From assembly GCA_023416745.1 (NCBI GenBank), contig JAEZHF010000022.1, forward strand, positions 168-64,167: a DNA stretch of 64,000 nt, read 5' to 3'. The translations under genes and the position numbers were made by a program. Each line of letters starts with the position of its first letter. The stretch's first letter is position 1. Source of the DNA: Bacillota bacterium (GTDB lineage: Bacteria; Bacillota; Clostridia; Christensenellales; SZUA-584). A model generated the notes under the pieces. The model was not told the DNA's origin and did not search any database. It saw only the letters and a program-made list of their open reading frames with translations. Positions 25,558 to 36,280 of the stretch are shown piece by piece.

Positions 25558-28500
25558 ATGCCCAAGCGGGAAGACTTGAAAAAGATCATGGTGATCGGCT
25601 CGGGGCCCATCGTCATCGGACAGGCTGCGGAGTTCGACTATTCGGGCACGCAGGCCTGCAAAGCGCTCCGTGAGGAAGGCTACGAGGTGGTGCTGATCAA
25701 CTCCAACCCGGCCACCATCATGACGGACGCGGAGATGGCCGACCGGGTATACATCGAACCCATCACTGTGGAGACGATTTCCGCCATATTGCGCGCCGAA
25801 CGCCCGCAGGGTATCATCGCCACATTGGGCGGGCAAACCGGCCTCAACATGGCAGTGGAGCTGGACGAAAGCGGCATACTGGATGAACTCGGCATCGAGC
25901 TGCTGGGCACATCGCTGGCTTCCATCAAAAAGGCGGAGGACCGCGAGCTGTTCAAGGAAACGATGGAGCGCATCGGCGAGAAGGTCGCACGCAGCGTCAT
26001 CGCCACCTCCATTGAGGAGGCGACCGTATTTGCGAACGAGGTGGGTTTCCCCGTTATCATACGGCCGGCCTATACGCTGGGCGGCACGGGCGGCGGCATC
26101 GCACAGAACATGGAACAGCTGAAGAACATCACGGCGCAGGGCCTGTCGTTCTCGATGATCGGGCAGGTGCTGCTGGAGCAGAGCGTCGCCGGATACAAGG
26201 AGATCGAATACGAGGTGATGCGCGATGCCAAGGACAACTGTATCGTCGTGTGCAACATGGAGAACTTCGACCCCGTCGGCATCCACACGGGCGACAGCAT
26301 CGTGGTCGCACCGTCGCAGACGCTGGCGGACAGGGAGTACCAGATGCTGCGCAGCGCGTCCATACGGATCATCCGGGCTCTGGGCATCGAAGGCGGCTGC
26401 AACGTGCAGTACGCGCTGAACCCGGACAATTTCGACTACGTTGTGATCGAGGTGAACCCGCGTGTCAGTCGCTCGTCGGCGCTGGCAAGCAAGGCGACGG
26501 GCTACCCCATCGCCCGCGCCGCCGCGAAGATCGCCGTGGGCTACGGTCTGGACGAGATCACCAACCCCATCACCGGCGAAACGTGCGCCTGCTTCGAGCC
26601 CGCGCTGGACTACGTGGTCACCAAGGTGCCGCGCTGGCCTTTCGACAAATTTGTGACCGCCACAAGGACGCTGGGCACGCAAATGAAGGCCACCGGCGAA
26701 GTGATGGCCATCGGCCGCAATCTCGAGGAATCGCTCTTAAAGGCTATAGACAGCCTGGACGTGAAGCTGGACTATCAGCTGGGCATGAAAACCATCGCGG
26801 CATGGACGGACGCGCAGATCGAAAACTCGCTGAAGAACCCGGACGACGAGCGCATATTCGTGGTGTCCGAAGCGCTGGAGCGCGGCTGGACGGCGGACGA
26901 TATATTCAATATCACGCGCATCGACAAGTTCTTCATCGGCAAGCTGCAGAACATCGTGCGGCTGGCCAAGGAGCTGAAAAAGCACACCATCGACACCATG
27001 CCGATGGAACTGCTGAAACGGTGTAAGCGCTACGGCTTTGGCGACAGCTATATCGCCAACCTCATCGGCACGCAGGAAGCCGCCATTAAGGCGCTGCGTA
27101 TGGCGTTCGGCATACTGCCCACCTATAAGATGGTAGACACGTGCGCGGGCGAGTTCGAAGCCAAAACGCCGTACTACTACTCCTGCTACGACGACGACGA
27201 CGAATCGCGCGACAGCGGCCGCAAAAAAGTGGTTGTGCTGGGCTCTGGCCCCATCCGCATCGGGCAGGGCATCGAGTTCGACTACTGCAGTGTCCATTCC
27301 GTGCTGGCGCTGAAAGAGCTGGGGTACGAGAGCATCATCATCAACTCCAACCCTGAGACGGTGTCCACTGACTTCGACACCTCTGACAAGCTGTATTTCG
27401 AACCGCTCACCAGGGAGTGCGTGCTGGACGTGATCCAGCGCGAAAAGCCGGAAGGCGTAATCGTGCAGTTCGGCGGACAGACGGCCATCAACCTCGCCGC
27501 GCCGCTTGCCAAGGTGGGCGTGAACATACTCGGCACCTCGGTGGACGGCATCGACCGCGCCGAGGACCGCGAGCGCTTCCTCAAGGTGCTGGAGAAGCTG
27601 GATATCCCACTGCCCGCCGGCTCGACGGCGTTCTCGCAGGAGAGCGCGAAGGAGATCGCCGAACGGATCGGCTTCCCTGTGCTGGTGCGCCCGTCATACG
27701 TACTGGGCGGCCGCGCGATGGAGATCGTTTACAACACGCAGGAGCTGACCGAGTACATGGGCGCGGCGGCGCGGATATCACCGGAGCACCCGGTGCTCAT
27801 CGACAAGTATATACTCGGCAAGGAAGCCGAAATCGACGGCATCTGCGACGGCAAGGACGCCATGATCGTGGGCGTGATGGAACACATTGAGCGGGCGGGC
27901 GTGCACTCGGGCGACAGCTTCGCGGTGTATCCGCCGCAGAACATGCCGGTGCATGTGAAGCGTACCATCGTGGACTACGCGCAGCGCATCGGCGTCGAAC
28001 TCGGCATCAAAGGGCTTTACAACATACAATTTGTCATCGATAAAGAAAACAGGGTGTACGTGCTGGAGGTGAACCCGCGCGCCAGCCGCACCGTGCCGGT
28101 GCTTTCCAAGGTGACTGGCGTACCTATGGTGGCGGCAGCCACGCGCCTGATGATGGGCGAGACGCTGGCGGACTTAGAGCTCAAGCCCGGCCTGCATCCG
28201 GAGAGCCAACTGATCACAGTCAAAGCGCCGGTGTTCTCGTTCTCCAAGCTGACCACGGTGGATATCTTCCTCGGACCGGAGATGAAATCCACCGGCGAGG
28301 TGATGGGCACGGATACTACGTATCTCGCGGCGCTGACGAAGGCTTTTGTCGCCTCTGGTATGCGCACCCCTGCCAAGGATAAGCCGATACTCTTTTCCAT
28401 TACCGACCGTGACAAGGAGGAATCACTGGAGTTTGCACAGCAGCTGATCAGCATGGGCTTTACCGTCGCCGCCACCGAAGGCACGCATGCCACGTTTGCA

Positions 28501-28761
28501 GCGGGCGGTATCGACTGCCAGCTCATCCCCCACGACGACGCGGTCCGCGCGCTCAAGGAACGTGAGATTTCCATGGTCATCAACACGCCCACGCGCGGCA
28601 AGCTGCTGGACAGATTGGGCTTCATACTGCGGCGTACGTCGATGGAGTTCAATGTGACGTGCGTGACGTCGATGGACACCTTAGGGGCGCTGCTGTCGGT
28701 GATGACCGCAAAGGATATCGAGGTGCACCACATACCGCTGCATGAATATTTAAAAGCATAG
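25558..28761 (+). CDS. carB: carbamoyl-phosphate synthase large subunit
   Basis: 1067 aa. [24 protein letters not shown] opening, internally duplicated ATP-grasp halves (second [21 protein letters not shown]), and a C-terminal MGS-like allosteric domain. AGGAGG RBS. No carA upstream. Confidence 0.97.
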   Translation: MPKREDLKKIMVIGSGPIVIGQAAEFDYSGTQACKALREEGYEVVLINSNPATIMTDAEMADRVYIEPITVETISAILRAERPQGIIATLGGQTGLNMAVELDESGILDELGIELLGTSLASIKKAEDRELFKETMERIGEKVARSVIATSIEEATVFANEVGFPVIIRPAYTLGGTGGGIAQNMEQLKNITAQGLSFSMIGQVLLEQSVAGYKEIEYEVMRDAKDNCIVVCNMENFDPVGIHTGDSIVVAPSQTLADREYQMLRSASIRIIRALGIEGGCNVQYALNPDNFDYVVIEVNPRVSRSSALASKATGYPIARAAAKIAVGYGLDEITNPITGETCACFEPALDYVVTKVPRWPFDKFVTATRTLGTQMKATGEVMAIGRNLEESLLKAIDSLDVKLDYQLGMKTIAAWTDAQIENSLKNPDDERIFVVSEALERGWTADDIFNITRIDKFFIGKLQNIVRLAKELKKHTIDTMPMELLKRCKRYGFGDSYIANLIGTQEAAIKALRMAFGILPTYKMVDTCAGEFEAKTPYYYSCYDDDDESRDSGRKKVVVLGSGPIRIGQGIEFDYCSVHSVLALKELGYESIIINSNPETVSTDFDTSDKLYFEPLTRECVLDVIQREKPEGVIVQFGGQTAINLAAPLAKVGVNILGTSVDGIDRAEDRERFLKVLEKLDIPLPAGSTAFSQESAKEIAERIGFPVLVRPSYVLGGRAMEIVYNTQELTEYMGAAARISPEHPVLIDKYILGKEAEIDGICDGKDAMIVGVMEHIERAGVHSGDSFAVYPPQNMPVHVKRTIVDYAQRIGVELGIKGLYNIQFVIDKENRVYVLEVNPRASRTVPVLSKVTGVPMVAAATRLMMGETLADLELKPGLHPESQLITVKAPVFSFSKLTTVDIFLGPEMKSTGEVMGTDTTYLAALTKAFVASGMRTPAKDKPILFSITDRDKEESLEFAQQLISMGFTVAATEGTHATFAAGGIDCQLIPHDDAVRALKEREISMVINTPTRGKLLDRLGFILRRTSMEFNVTCVTSMDTLGALLSVMTAKDIEVHHIPLHEYLKA

Positions 28762-28783
28762 TTTCGCTAAGGAGGCAATTGAA

Positions 28784-29749
28784 ATGATAGATTTGATGAA
28801 CTACCAGCCGCGGAAGGAATTTGCGCAGAAGCATCTGCTGCGCCTGTCCGACTACACCCCTGACGAGATACTGCAGGTGCTCTCTCTCTCGCTCAAGCTG
28901 AAAAAGAAGCTCAAGAAGGGTGTGCGCTCGCCGCTTCTCGCAGGCAAGATACTCGCGATGATATTCACCAAAAGCTCCACCCGTACGCGCGTCTCGTTTG
29001 AGGCGGGCATCTACCAGCTGGGCGGCACGGCGCAGTTCCTCTCCAGCAACGACATTCAGCTGGGCCGCGGCGAGCCCATCTCCGACACCGCGCAGGTGCT
29101 CTCGCGCATGGTGGACGGCATCATGATCCGTACGTTCAAGCAGAGCGACGTGGAGGATCTCGCCAAATACGGCACCATCCCCGTCATCAACGGTCTGACG
29201 GATCTGCTGCACCCGTGCCAGATACTTGCCGATCTGCAGACGTATTACGAGCATAAGGGCAGCTTCACCGGCAAGATGGCGTACATCGGGGACGGCAACA
29301 ACGTGGCCAACTCGCTGCTGGTGGGCTGCGGCAAGCTGGGTCTTAACATGACACTGGCCTGCCCCGAAGGCTATGAGCCGGACGCAGAAGTGCTCGCAGC
29401 CGCTCAAGAAGCGGCGTCCATCAGCGGCGCGAAGCTGGTAGTCACGCACGACCCCAAAGAAGCGGCGGAGGGTGCGGACGCGGTGTACACCGACGTGTGG
29501 GCCAGCATGGGTCAGGAGTCGGGTGCGCAGGATAAATACAAACATTTCACGGCGTATCAGGTGAACAAAGAACTGATGTCGCTGTGCAAGAAGGATTACA
29601 TCTTCCTCCACTGTCTGCCCGCGCACCGCGGCGAAGAGGTGACGGCGGATATCATCGACGGCCCCAACAGCGTGGTGTTCGATGAGGCAGAAAACCGCCT
29701 GCATGCACAAAAGGCCGTGATGGCGTTGCTGATGCAGGATAAGAAGTGA
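28784..29749 (+). CDS. argF: ornithine carbamoyltransferase
   Basis: 321 aa. FTKSSTRTRVSFE carbamoyl-phosphate motif, DLLHPCQILADL, FLHCLPAHRGEEV. AGGAGG lies 8 nt upstream. Confidence 0.93.
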   Translation: MIDLMNYQPRKEFAQKHLLRLSDYTPDEILQVLSLSLKLKKKLKKGVRSPLLAGKILAMIFTKSSTRTRVSFEAGIYQLGGTAQFLSSNDIQLGRGEPISDTAQVLSRMVDGIMIRTFKQSDVEDLAKYGTIPVINGLTDLLHPCQILADLQTYYEHKGSFTGKMAYIGDGNNVANSLLVGCGKLGLNMTLACPEGYEPDAEVLAAAQEAASISGAKLVVTHDPKEAAEGADAVYTDVWASMGQESGAQDKYKHFTAYQVNKELMSLCKKDYIFLHCLPAHRGEEVTADIIDGPNSVVFDEAENRLHAQKAVMALLMQDKK

Positions 29750-30267
29750 TGGAAAGCATCGTATTCAAAAAGGCGGGCGAAGCGGACGTTGCCGCCGTCA
29801 AAGCCGTAACGCGCAAGGCGTTCATTAACTACGCGAAAGAGTTACGCCGCGAAGACAGCGTGGCCGCGCTGCACGAGACGGACGAAGCGATACTCTCGGA
29901 CATACGCCAAAAGCATGTGTATCTCTGTGAAGTGGACGGAAAGGTGGCCGGGGCCGTGCGTTTCGAGGTGCTGGGAGACGGCATTGCGTATCTCTCGCGC
30001 CTCGCGGTGGATCCGGAGTATCAGTCGCTCGGCATCGGCGGATTGCTGCTGGAGAAGGTGCGCCGCGAGTGCCTCTCCCTCAGCGTGCGCGCCATCACGC
30101 TGCACACGGCCAGCCGGATGCGCTCCACCGTGGCATTCTATCTCAAGAACGGCTACTACATCCACTCCATCACGCGCGACAAGGAGTACATCCGCGCGTT
30201 CATGGTGTGCGAGCTCACCGACATGGATGAGCTGTACGACTATGAAAGTGTTGTCGGCAAAAGGTAA
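29749..30267 (+). CDS. single-domain GNAT acetyltransferase, translationally coupled to argF
   Basis: TGATG overlap with the argF stop. About 172 aa. RLAVDPEYQSLGIGGLLLEKV acetyl-CoA motif. Confidence 0.8.
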   Translation: MESIVFKKAGEADVAAVKAVTRKAFINYAKELRREDSVAALHETDEAILSDIRQKHVYLCEVDGKVAGAVRFEVLGDGIAYLSRLAVDPEYQSLGIGGLLLEKVRRECLSLSVRAITLHTASRMRSTVAFYLKNGYYIHSITRDKEYIRAFMVCELTDMDELYDYESVVGKR

Positions 30268-30310
30268 CTTTTTGACTGATTTACGGCGCAAATCTCCTTC
30301 GGGTATTTTG

Positions 30311-30362
30311 AAAAACAACAAAAAAGGACAGTCTCTTGTGTGAACTGTCCTCTTGTTTTGTT
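30311..30362. terminator. bidirectional rho-independent terminator between the convergent GNAT and araA genes
   Basis: GGACAGT (30326-30332) / ACTGTCC (30344-30350), flanked by AAAAACAACAAAAAA upstream and TCTTGTTTTGTT downstream. Confidence 0.7.
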
Positions 30363-30378
30363 ATTGGATTGTTTTGCG

Positions 30379-31848
30379 TCAGCGTTTCCAGATCACGTCA
30401 CCCAGCATCAGCTGATTGCGCAGCGCAGGAATGGTTGTGTCCTTGCCGATATGGATGAACTCGATGCCCATGATTTCGGCAAAGTCGCGCATCATGTCCG
30501 CCGTCAGGTCGTAGGAGATCACACTGTGGTGCGTCCCGCCGGACAATATCCACGACTCGTTGCCCGTCACCATGTCGGGCATCGGCTTCCACATCACACC
30601 CGCCACCGGTAGCAGCGGCATCTTCGCCTTGGGCTCCACCGCGCTTATGTCGTGCGTGATCATGCGGAACCGTCCGCCCATGTCGATGATGGTGACGAGT
30701 ATCGCGTCGCCGGACTTGCCGTCGAACACCAGCCGGGCGGGGTCGTTCTTACCGCCGATGCCCAGCGGATGCACCTCAATGCGCGGCTTGTCCGCCGCGA
30801 TCGCAGGCGAAATCTCCAACATGTGTGCGCCCAGCACCGTTTCATTGCCGTCATCAAAGTCGTAGGTATAGTCTTCAATGAACGAGATGTTCATCCCAGT
30901 TCCCAAAGACATCTCAGACATCACCGCTTTGAGCGCAGAGGTTTTCCAGTCGCCCTCAGCGCCGAAGCCATAGCCGTTTGCCATCAGATTCTGCGTAGCA
31001 AGTCCGGGCAGCTGCTCCAGACCGTACAGGTCTTCAAAACAGTCGGTGTACGCGCTGAACCCGCCTTCGGCCAGCATCTGCTCCAGCGCAATCTCCAGCT
31101 TCGCCTGATACACCACCGCGACCAGGTTATCCGTATCGATGGTATACTTCTCTTTGTATTCCGCCATCTTGACTTGCGCCTGCGCATCGGTCACTGCCAG
31201 CACACGCTCGGTCAGCGCACCCACGGCATACGTGTTCACGCTCCAGCCAAGATCCTTCTCCGCCTGAATTTTGTCGCCCTCGGTCACCGCGACGTAGCGC
31301 ATGTTATCGCCCAGCCGCATCACTTTGACACGTTTGCTGAATACAGCGCCCACCGCACTGCGCATCCAACCACCAATGCGCGAACGGAACTCACCGTCCT
31401 CCCAGTGCCCGCAGATCACCTTGCGCTTCATGCGCAGCCGGGCGGTGATGAAGCCGTGTTCCCGGTCACCGTGGGCAGACTGGTTGGTGTTCATGAAGTT
31501 CATGTCAATCGTGTCGTATGGCAGCCGCTTGTTGAACTGCGTGTTCAAATGCAGATACGGCTTGCTCAAAGAAGACAGGCCGCTGATCCACATCTTGCTC
31601 GGCGAAAACGTATGCATCCAGCTGATCACGCCCGCGCACGCGGGATCGCTGTTGGCTGCTGTGCAGACGTCGCTGATGTCCTCCGTGGAGGTCATCACAC
31701 CCTTTGAGACCACCTCAAAGGGGATGCGCTCGTCGGCATTGAAGCCCGCCGTCATCAGAGCTGCATGCTCGGCCACCTCTTTAAGCACCTCGGGCCCGTA
31801 CAAGTTTTGGCTGCCGATGACAAACCAGAATTGATATTTGCTGATCAA
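30379..31848 (-). CDS. araA: L-arabinose isomerase
   Basis: YQFWFVIGSQNLYGPEVL opening and colinear AraA text (HTFSPSKMW, NTNQSAHGDREHGF). Start set to TTG 31848, 6 nt after AGGAGGAG, rather than the track ATG at 31896. Confidence 0.93.
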   Translation of the reverse strand: MISKYQFWFVIGSQNLYGPEVLKEVAEHAALMTAGFNADERIPFEVVSKGVMTSTEDISDVCTAANSDPACAGVISWMHTFSPSKMWISGLSSLSKPYLHLNTQFNKRLPYDTIDMNFMNTNQSAHGDREHGFITARLRMKRKVICGHWEDGEFRSRIGGWMRSAVGAVFSKRVKVMRLGDNMRYVAVTEGDKIQAEKDLGWSVNTYAVGALTERVLAVTDAQAQVKMAEYKEKYTIDTDNLVAVVYQAKLEIALEQMLAEGGFSAYTDCFEDLYGLEQLPGLATQNLMANGYGFGAEGDWKTSALKAVMSEMSLGTGMNISFIEDYTYDFDDGNETVLGAHMLEISPAIAADKPRIEVHPLGIGGKNDPARLVFDGKSGDAILVTIIDMGGRFRMITHDISAVEPKAKMPLLPVAGVMWKPMPDMVTGNESWILSGGTHHSVISYDLTADMMRDFAEIMGIEFIHIGKDTTIPALRNQLMLGDVIWKR

Positions 31849-31899
31849 GTTGCTCCTCCTTGTTTTATCGCAGAGTATAATTAGCTTTTCAGCCAATGA

Positions 31900-33069
31900 T
31901 CAGGTTTTGGACTTGGATTTTGACAGCACATCAAAGCCAACCGCAACCAGCAGAACAAAGCCCTTGATCGCCTGCTGCCAATCGATGCTGACACCCATGA
32001 TCGACATGCCGTTGTTCAGCACGCCCATCAACAAACCGCCGACGATCGCGCCGATAACGGTACCGATACCACCCGTGGTGGATGCGCCGCCGATGAAGCA
32101 CGCGGAGATCGCGTCCAGCTCAAATCCGTAACCACCCTTGGGCGTCGCCGAGTTGAGGCGGCCAGTGAACACAATGCCGGCCAGCGCCGTCAGCACACCC
32201 ATGTTCACGTATACCCAGAACAGTACGCGCTTGGTCTTGATACCTGAAAGCCGAGCCGCCTTGGGATTGCCGCCGAACGCGTAGATGTGACGCCCGGGGA
32301 TGGTCTTTTCAGTAACGAAGGTGTACAGCAGCACCAGAATCACCACGATAAGCAATACCATCGGTATACCCCTATACAGCGCCAATGCGTAGCAGAACGC
32401 CATGATTACAACCGTAATCAGAACAATTTTGGCGATAAACGTAAGCGGATGCGACACATCAAAGTTGTACTTCTTGCGGTTGGCGCGCTTGCTGATCTCA
32501 TTGAAGATGAATATCACGCTCGCAACTGCACCCGCAATAAGAGTCAAAAGGTTGATACCTTCAATGCTCGCAAAGTCCGGGATAAAGCCAGCTGCCATAA
32601 ACGTATACGTCTCCGGCAACGGCGCGAGACTTGTGCCCTGCAGCACCACCATGGTGAGGCCCCTGAATATAAGCTGTCCGCCCAGCGTCACGATGAACGC
32701 CGGTACGCCGATGTATGCGATCCACAGCCCCTGCCACGCACCGATGATGAATCCGATGATCAGCGAGAGCACCATCGCGATCCCAACAGGCATATCCATC
32801 TTCAGTATGAATATGGCGGACATTGCCCCCACGAACCCCACAACCGAACCGACAGACAGGTCGATGTTGCCAATGGTCAGTATGCACAGCAGCATGCCGA
32901 TGGCCAGAATCAACACGTAGGCGTTTTGCTGTATCAGGTTTGATATATTGAGAGGCTGCAGCAATATGCCTTTGGTAAGCACTTGGAAAATAATAACGAC
33001 GACAACCAGCGCAATGATCATGGCATACTGACGGATATTCCCTCTCAGAACAGACTTTATGCTTTTCAT
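31900..33069 (-). CDS. monosaccharide ABC transporter permease (GguB/MmsB-like)
   Basis: About 389 aa from [21 protein letters not shown]. 10 or more TM helices. ATGA overlap with the upstream ATPase gene. Confidence 0.9.
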   Translation of the reverse strand: MKSIKSVLRGNIRQYAMIIALVVVVIIFQVLTKGILLQPLNISNLIQQNAYVLILAIGMLLCILTIGNIDLSVGSVVGFVGAMSAIFILKMDMPVGIAMVLSLIIGFIIGAWQGLWIAYIGVPAFIVTLGGQLIFRGLTMVVLQGTSLAPLPETYTFMAAGFIPDFASIEGINLLTLIAGAVASVIFIFNEISKRANRKKYNFDVSHPLTFIAKIVLITVVIMAFCYALALYRGIPMVLLIVVILVLLYTFVTEKTIPGRHIYAFGGNPKAARLSGIKTKRVLFWVYVNMGVLTALAGIVFTGRLNSATPKGGYGFELDAISACFIGGASTTGGIGTVIGAIVGGLLMGVLNNGMSIMGVSIDWQQAIKGFVLLVAVGFDVLSKSKSKT

Positions 33070-34610
33070 TTTACTACCTCCTTGTTGCTCTGCATAATGC
33101 ATTGCATGATCCTCTCCTGTGACGCTTCTTTCGCCTCAAGCTCTCCCACGATCATTCCCCGGTTCATGACGTAAATCCGGTCGCTCATGCCCAGCAGTTC
33201 GGGCAATTCGGATGAAATCATCACAATGGATTTCCCGCGGGATACAAGGTCGTTGATGATCGTGTATATCTCATATTTGGCGCCAACGTCGATACCGCGT
33301 GTCGGTTCATCCAGGAAAAGAATATCCGGGTCCGAAAAAATCCATTTGCTGAAAACCACCTTCTGCTGATTTCCGCCCGAAAGGTTTCCTGTCTTTTGCA
33401 GAATACTTGATGATTTGATGTTGAGCTTGGCTCTGTAGTCCTCACCCACTTGTATTTCCTTGTTGTCGTCGATTACCAAACCCCGTTTGAGAGTGTCCAG
33501 CGACGACAGTGTAATATTTCTCTTGATATCGTCGATCAATATCAGGCCGGCAGACTTCCTGTCCTCCGTGGCGTATGCAATACCGTTTTTTATCGCATCG
33601 CTGATGTCGTGCATCACCAGTGCTTTGCCGTCCTTGTGGACAGAGCCCGATATCTTTGTGCCGTAAGCTTTACCGAACAGACTCATCGCCAGCTCGGTGC
33701 GGCCTGCGCCCATCAGACCCGCGATGCCCAGCACCTCGCCCCGGCGTACATTCATGCTGACGTTCCGGATCACCTGTTTTTGATCATCCACCGGGCTGAA
33801 CACATTCCAGTTCTCCACCTCGAAGCAGACCTCTCCGGGTTTGCAGGCTCGCTTAGGGAACCGATCCGTCAGCTCGCGGCCCACCATCGCCTTGATGATG
33901 CGCTCCTCAGTGATGTTGTCCACACCTTTGACGAGCGTCTCGATCGTTGCGCCGTCACGGATGATGGTAATCTCGTCCGCGACCTTGGTAACCTCGTTGA
34001 GCTTATGTGATATGATAATGCTGGTGATACCTTGTGCTTTGAGTTCCACGAGCAAATCCAGAAGATGGCCTGAATCCTCATCGTTCAGCGCAGCTGTCGG
34101 CTCATCCAGTATCAGTATCTTGACGTCCTTGGCAAGCGCCTTTACGATTTCAACTAACTGCTGCTTGCCAAGGCCGATATCTTTCACCTTCGTATCGGTA
34201 TTTTCATCCAGACCGACCTTTTTCAGCATCTCTATTGTTTTCTGACGAGTTTTGTCCCAATTGATAACCAGCTTGTTGCTTGATTGTTCATTTCCCAGAA
34301 AAACATTCTCAGCGATTGAAAGGCTGGGAATGAGGGCAAGCTCCTGATGTATGATTGCTATGCCTTTGGCTTCACTGTCGTTGATGAATTTGAATATGCA
34401 TATGTCCCCTTCAACGACGATATCTCCCTCATAAGAACCGTGAGGATACACGCCACTCAGAATATTCATCAACGTTGACTTGCCGGCGCCGTTTTCGCCA
34501 ACCAGCGCGTGGATATTATGAGGCTTAACCCGCAAGTTAACATTATCAAGAGCTTTGACTCCCGGAAATGTCTTTGTGATGTTCCTCATCTCTAAAATAT
34601 ACTTTTCCAT
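33066..34610 (-). CDS. monosaccharide ABC transporter ATP-binding protein (double NBD, GguA/MmsA-like)
   Basis: 514 aa. [40 protein letters not shown]. Second half: [39 protein letters not shown]. Confidence 0.93.
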   Translation of the reverse strand: MEKYILEMRNITKTFPGVKALDNVNLRVKPHNIHALVGENGAGKSTLMNILSGVYPHGSYEGDIVVEGDICIFKFINDSEAKGIAIIHQELALIPSLSIAENVFLGNEQSSNKLVINWDKTRQKTIEMLKKVGLDENTDTKVKDIGLGKQQLVEIVKALAKDVKILILDEPTAALNDEDSGHLLDLLVELKAQGITSIIISHKLNEVTKVADEITIIRDGATIETLVKGVDNITEERIIKAMVGRELTDRFPKRACKPGEVCFEVENWNVFSPVDDQKQVIRNVSMNVRRGEVLGIAGLMGAGRTELAMSLFGKAYGTKISGSVHKDGKALVMHDISDAIKNGIAYATEDRKSAGLILIDDIKRNITLSSLDTLKRGLVIDDNKEIQVGEDYRAKLNIKSSSILQKTGNLSGGNQQKVVFSKWIFSDPDILFLDEPTRGIDVGAKYEIYTIINDLVSRGKSIVMISSELPELLGMSDRIYVMNRGMIVGELEAKEASQERIMQCIMQSNKEVVK

Positions 34611-34665
34611 AGTCTAACTCCTTTATCTGCCCAGAACCGATTATATTATACACCTGTATAGCCTC

Positions 34666-34701
34666 AATCGGCTAGCGGTATTTGCATACCGCTAGCCGAT
34701 T
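34666..34701 (-). other. perfect 15-bp stem hairpin between the binding-protein and ATPase cistrons
   Basis: AATCGGCTAGCGGTA-tttgca-TACCGCTAGCCGATT. There is no U-tract in the transcribed (minus) orientation, so it is more likely an mRNA-stabilising or partial-termination hairpin than a full terminator. Confidence 0.5.
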
Positions 34702-34711
34702 TTTTGGCTAT

Positions 34712-34723
34712 TTATACGAATAT
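34712..34723. promoter_or_regulatory. operator-like CG-centred 12-mer (site 1 of 5)
   Basis: TTATACGAATAT. The 15-mer CTATTTATACGAATA is identical to the one at 52466-52480. Confidence 0.3.
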
Positions 34724-34735
34724 TTACCGTATATT

Positions 34736-35884
34736 TTACTTGATGTCGTCTGCAGTCAGATAACCGGAATCCATAACCAGTTCCTGGTAGTTTTCGACCG
34801 TTACCGTGTACGGAATAAGCAGGTACGAAGGAACGATCTTCTTGTTGTTGTCATACGTGGTGGTATCGTTGATCTCCGGTTCATTTCCTGCAAGCACCGC
34901 GTCAACCATGTCGGCCGCAACCTTGGCAAGGTCTCTGGTGTCTTTCAGTATCGTCGAATACTGCTGTCCAGCGATGATCAGCTTGACGGAAGCCGCTTCA
35001 GCATCCTGACCCGTCACAACCGGCCAGTCTGCCGTTCCGGGCTGATAACCAAAGGAGGTCAGGGCGGAGATGATGCCTCTGGACAGGCCGTCATAAGGAG
35101 ACAGCACGCCGTCCAGCTTAGCACCACTCGTGTAGTTGGCAGCGAGGATCGCGTCCATACGGGCCTGCGCCACGGCGCCGTCCCAACGGAGCGTTCCGAT
35201 GTCAGCCTGCGCGGTCTGGCCGGAGGGAACCACAACGGTGCCGGCATCGATCAGCGGCTGGAGCACATCCATAGCGCCCGAGTAGAAGTAGAAGGAGTTG
35301 GTGTCGTCCGGAGAACCGGCAAACAGCTCAACGTTGTAGGGGCCGTCGCCCTTGGTCTTCAGGCCTTCAACAAGAGACTCGGCCTGCAGTTTGCCAACGC
35401 CTCTGTTGTCGAATGTCGCATAGTAGGAAACAGCTTCGGTATCAACCAGCAGGCGGTCGTAGGAGATGATCTTCACGCCGTCTTTGCCAGCCTGGTCCAG
35501 CGTCGCAGAAAGCGTAGAACCGTCAACAGCGGCAATAACCAGCACCTTTGCGCCCTTGGTCAGCATGTTCTCGATCTGAGACTTCTGAGTCGGGATGTCG
35601 TCTTCCGCATACTGAAGGTCAACGGTGTAGCCTCTCTCCTCAAGGATCTCCTTCATTGTGTTGCCGTCTTTGATCCAACGTTCGCTGGACTGAGTCGGCA
35701 TCGAGATACCAATGTAGCCACCTTCTTCAGCCGGAGCAGCGGGCTCTTCAGCCGGAGCAGCAGGCTCTTCAGCCGGAGCTTCAGCCGGAGCTTCGGTCGC
35801 AGCCGGGGGGGTTGATGTTCCGCCGCAGGCAACCAGTGCAAACACTAAAGAAAGCACAAGCGCGAACAATACGATTTTTTTCAT
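34736..35884 (-). CDS. monosaccharide ABC transporter substrate-binding lipoprotein (ChvE-like)
   Basis: Start at ATG 35884 ([22 protein letters not shown] lipobox) after AAGGAG. A Pro/Ala/Glu linker precedes a type I periplasmic-binding fold. Confidence 0.88.
   Translation of the reverse strand: MKKIVLFALVLSLVFALVACGGTSTPPAATEAPAEAPAEEPAAPAEEPAAPAEEGGYIGISMPTQSSERWIKDGNTMKEILEERGYTVDLQYAEDDIPTQKSQIENMLTKGAKVLVIAAVDGSTLSATLDQAGKDGVKIISYDRLLVDTEAVSYYATFDNRGVGKLQAESLVEGLKTKGDGPYNVELFAGSPDDTNSFYFYSGAMDVLQPLIDAGTVVVPSGQTAQADIGTLRWDGAVAQARMDAILAANYTSGAKLDGVLSPYDGLSRGIISALTSFGYQPGTADWPVVTGQDAEAASVKLIIAGQQYSTILKDTRDLAKVAADMVDAVLAGNEPEINDTTTYDNNKKIVPSYLLIPYTVTVENYQELVMDSGYLTADDIK
35726..35791 (-). 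repeat. in-frame tandem repeat encoding the PAEE linker of the binding lipoprotein
   Basis: Plus strand shows 2 x 21 nt (TTCAGCCGGAGCAGCRGGCTC) followed by 2 x 12 nt (TTCAGCCGGAGC). Encodes [23 protein letters not shown]. Confidence 0.9.
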
Positions 35885-36212
35885 TTTCTTACTCCTTACA
35901 TATAGTTTATTGCTGGGTAGGTAACATTTACTTACCAAGCAAATCCAAAATTCAAATTGTATCTGTTTGGGGCCTCTCTGACCCTTTAATATCGACTACC
36001 ACCTATTGAATCTAAAAAAATGGCTTCTTTCATGTTCGATGTGAACGTTTTTGTGTCCAATCCTTAATATATTTGTTCACAAATTATCGTTGCGGATTGG
36101 TTTTTTTCTATTTTGTTCGTTTCATATTTTAACACCGAGTATATGTCGTGTCAACACATTCATACAAGTATTTTTTTAATGTTTATGTTCGCTTATTTAT
36201 TTATCGTTCAGT

Positions 36213-36241
36213 ATTGTCAAATATGAATGTTTACCTTATTA
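36213..36241 (+). promoter_or_regulatory. candidate promoter of the DeoR-ATPase pair
   Basis: TTGTCA (36213-36218), 17 nt of spacer, TATTAT (36236-36241). About 40 nt upstream of ATG 36281. Confidence 0.45.
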
Positions 36242-36280
36242 TTATCTGTATAAACTTGCAAAAGGCCTGGGTGACCATCT

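Noticed and set aside
35726-35791. Tandem 21-nt and 12-nt DNA repeats, considered as a possible CRISPR/VNTR-like array.
   Set aside because: The repeats are contiguous with no spacers and are in frame. They encode the Pro/Ala/Glu linker of the binding lipoprotein. No repeat-spacer architecture exists anywhere in the window.
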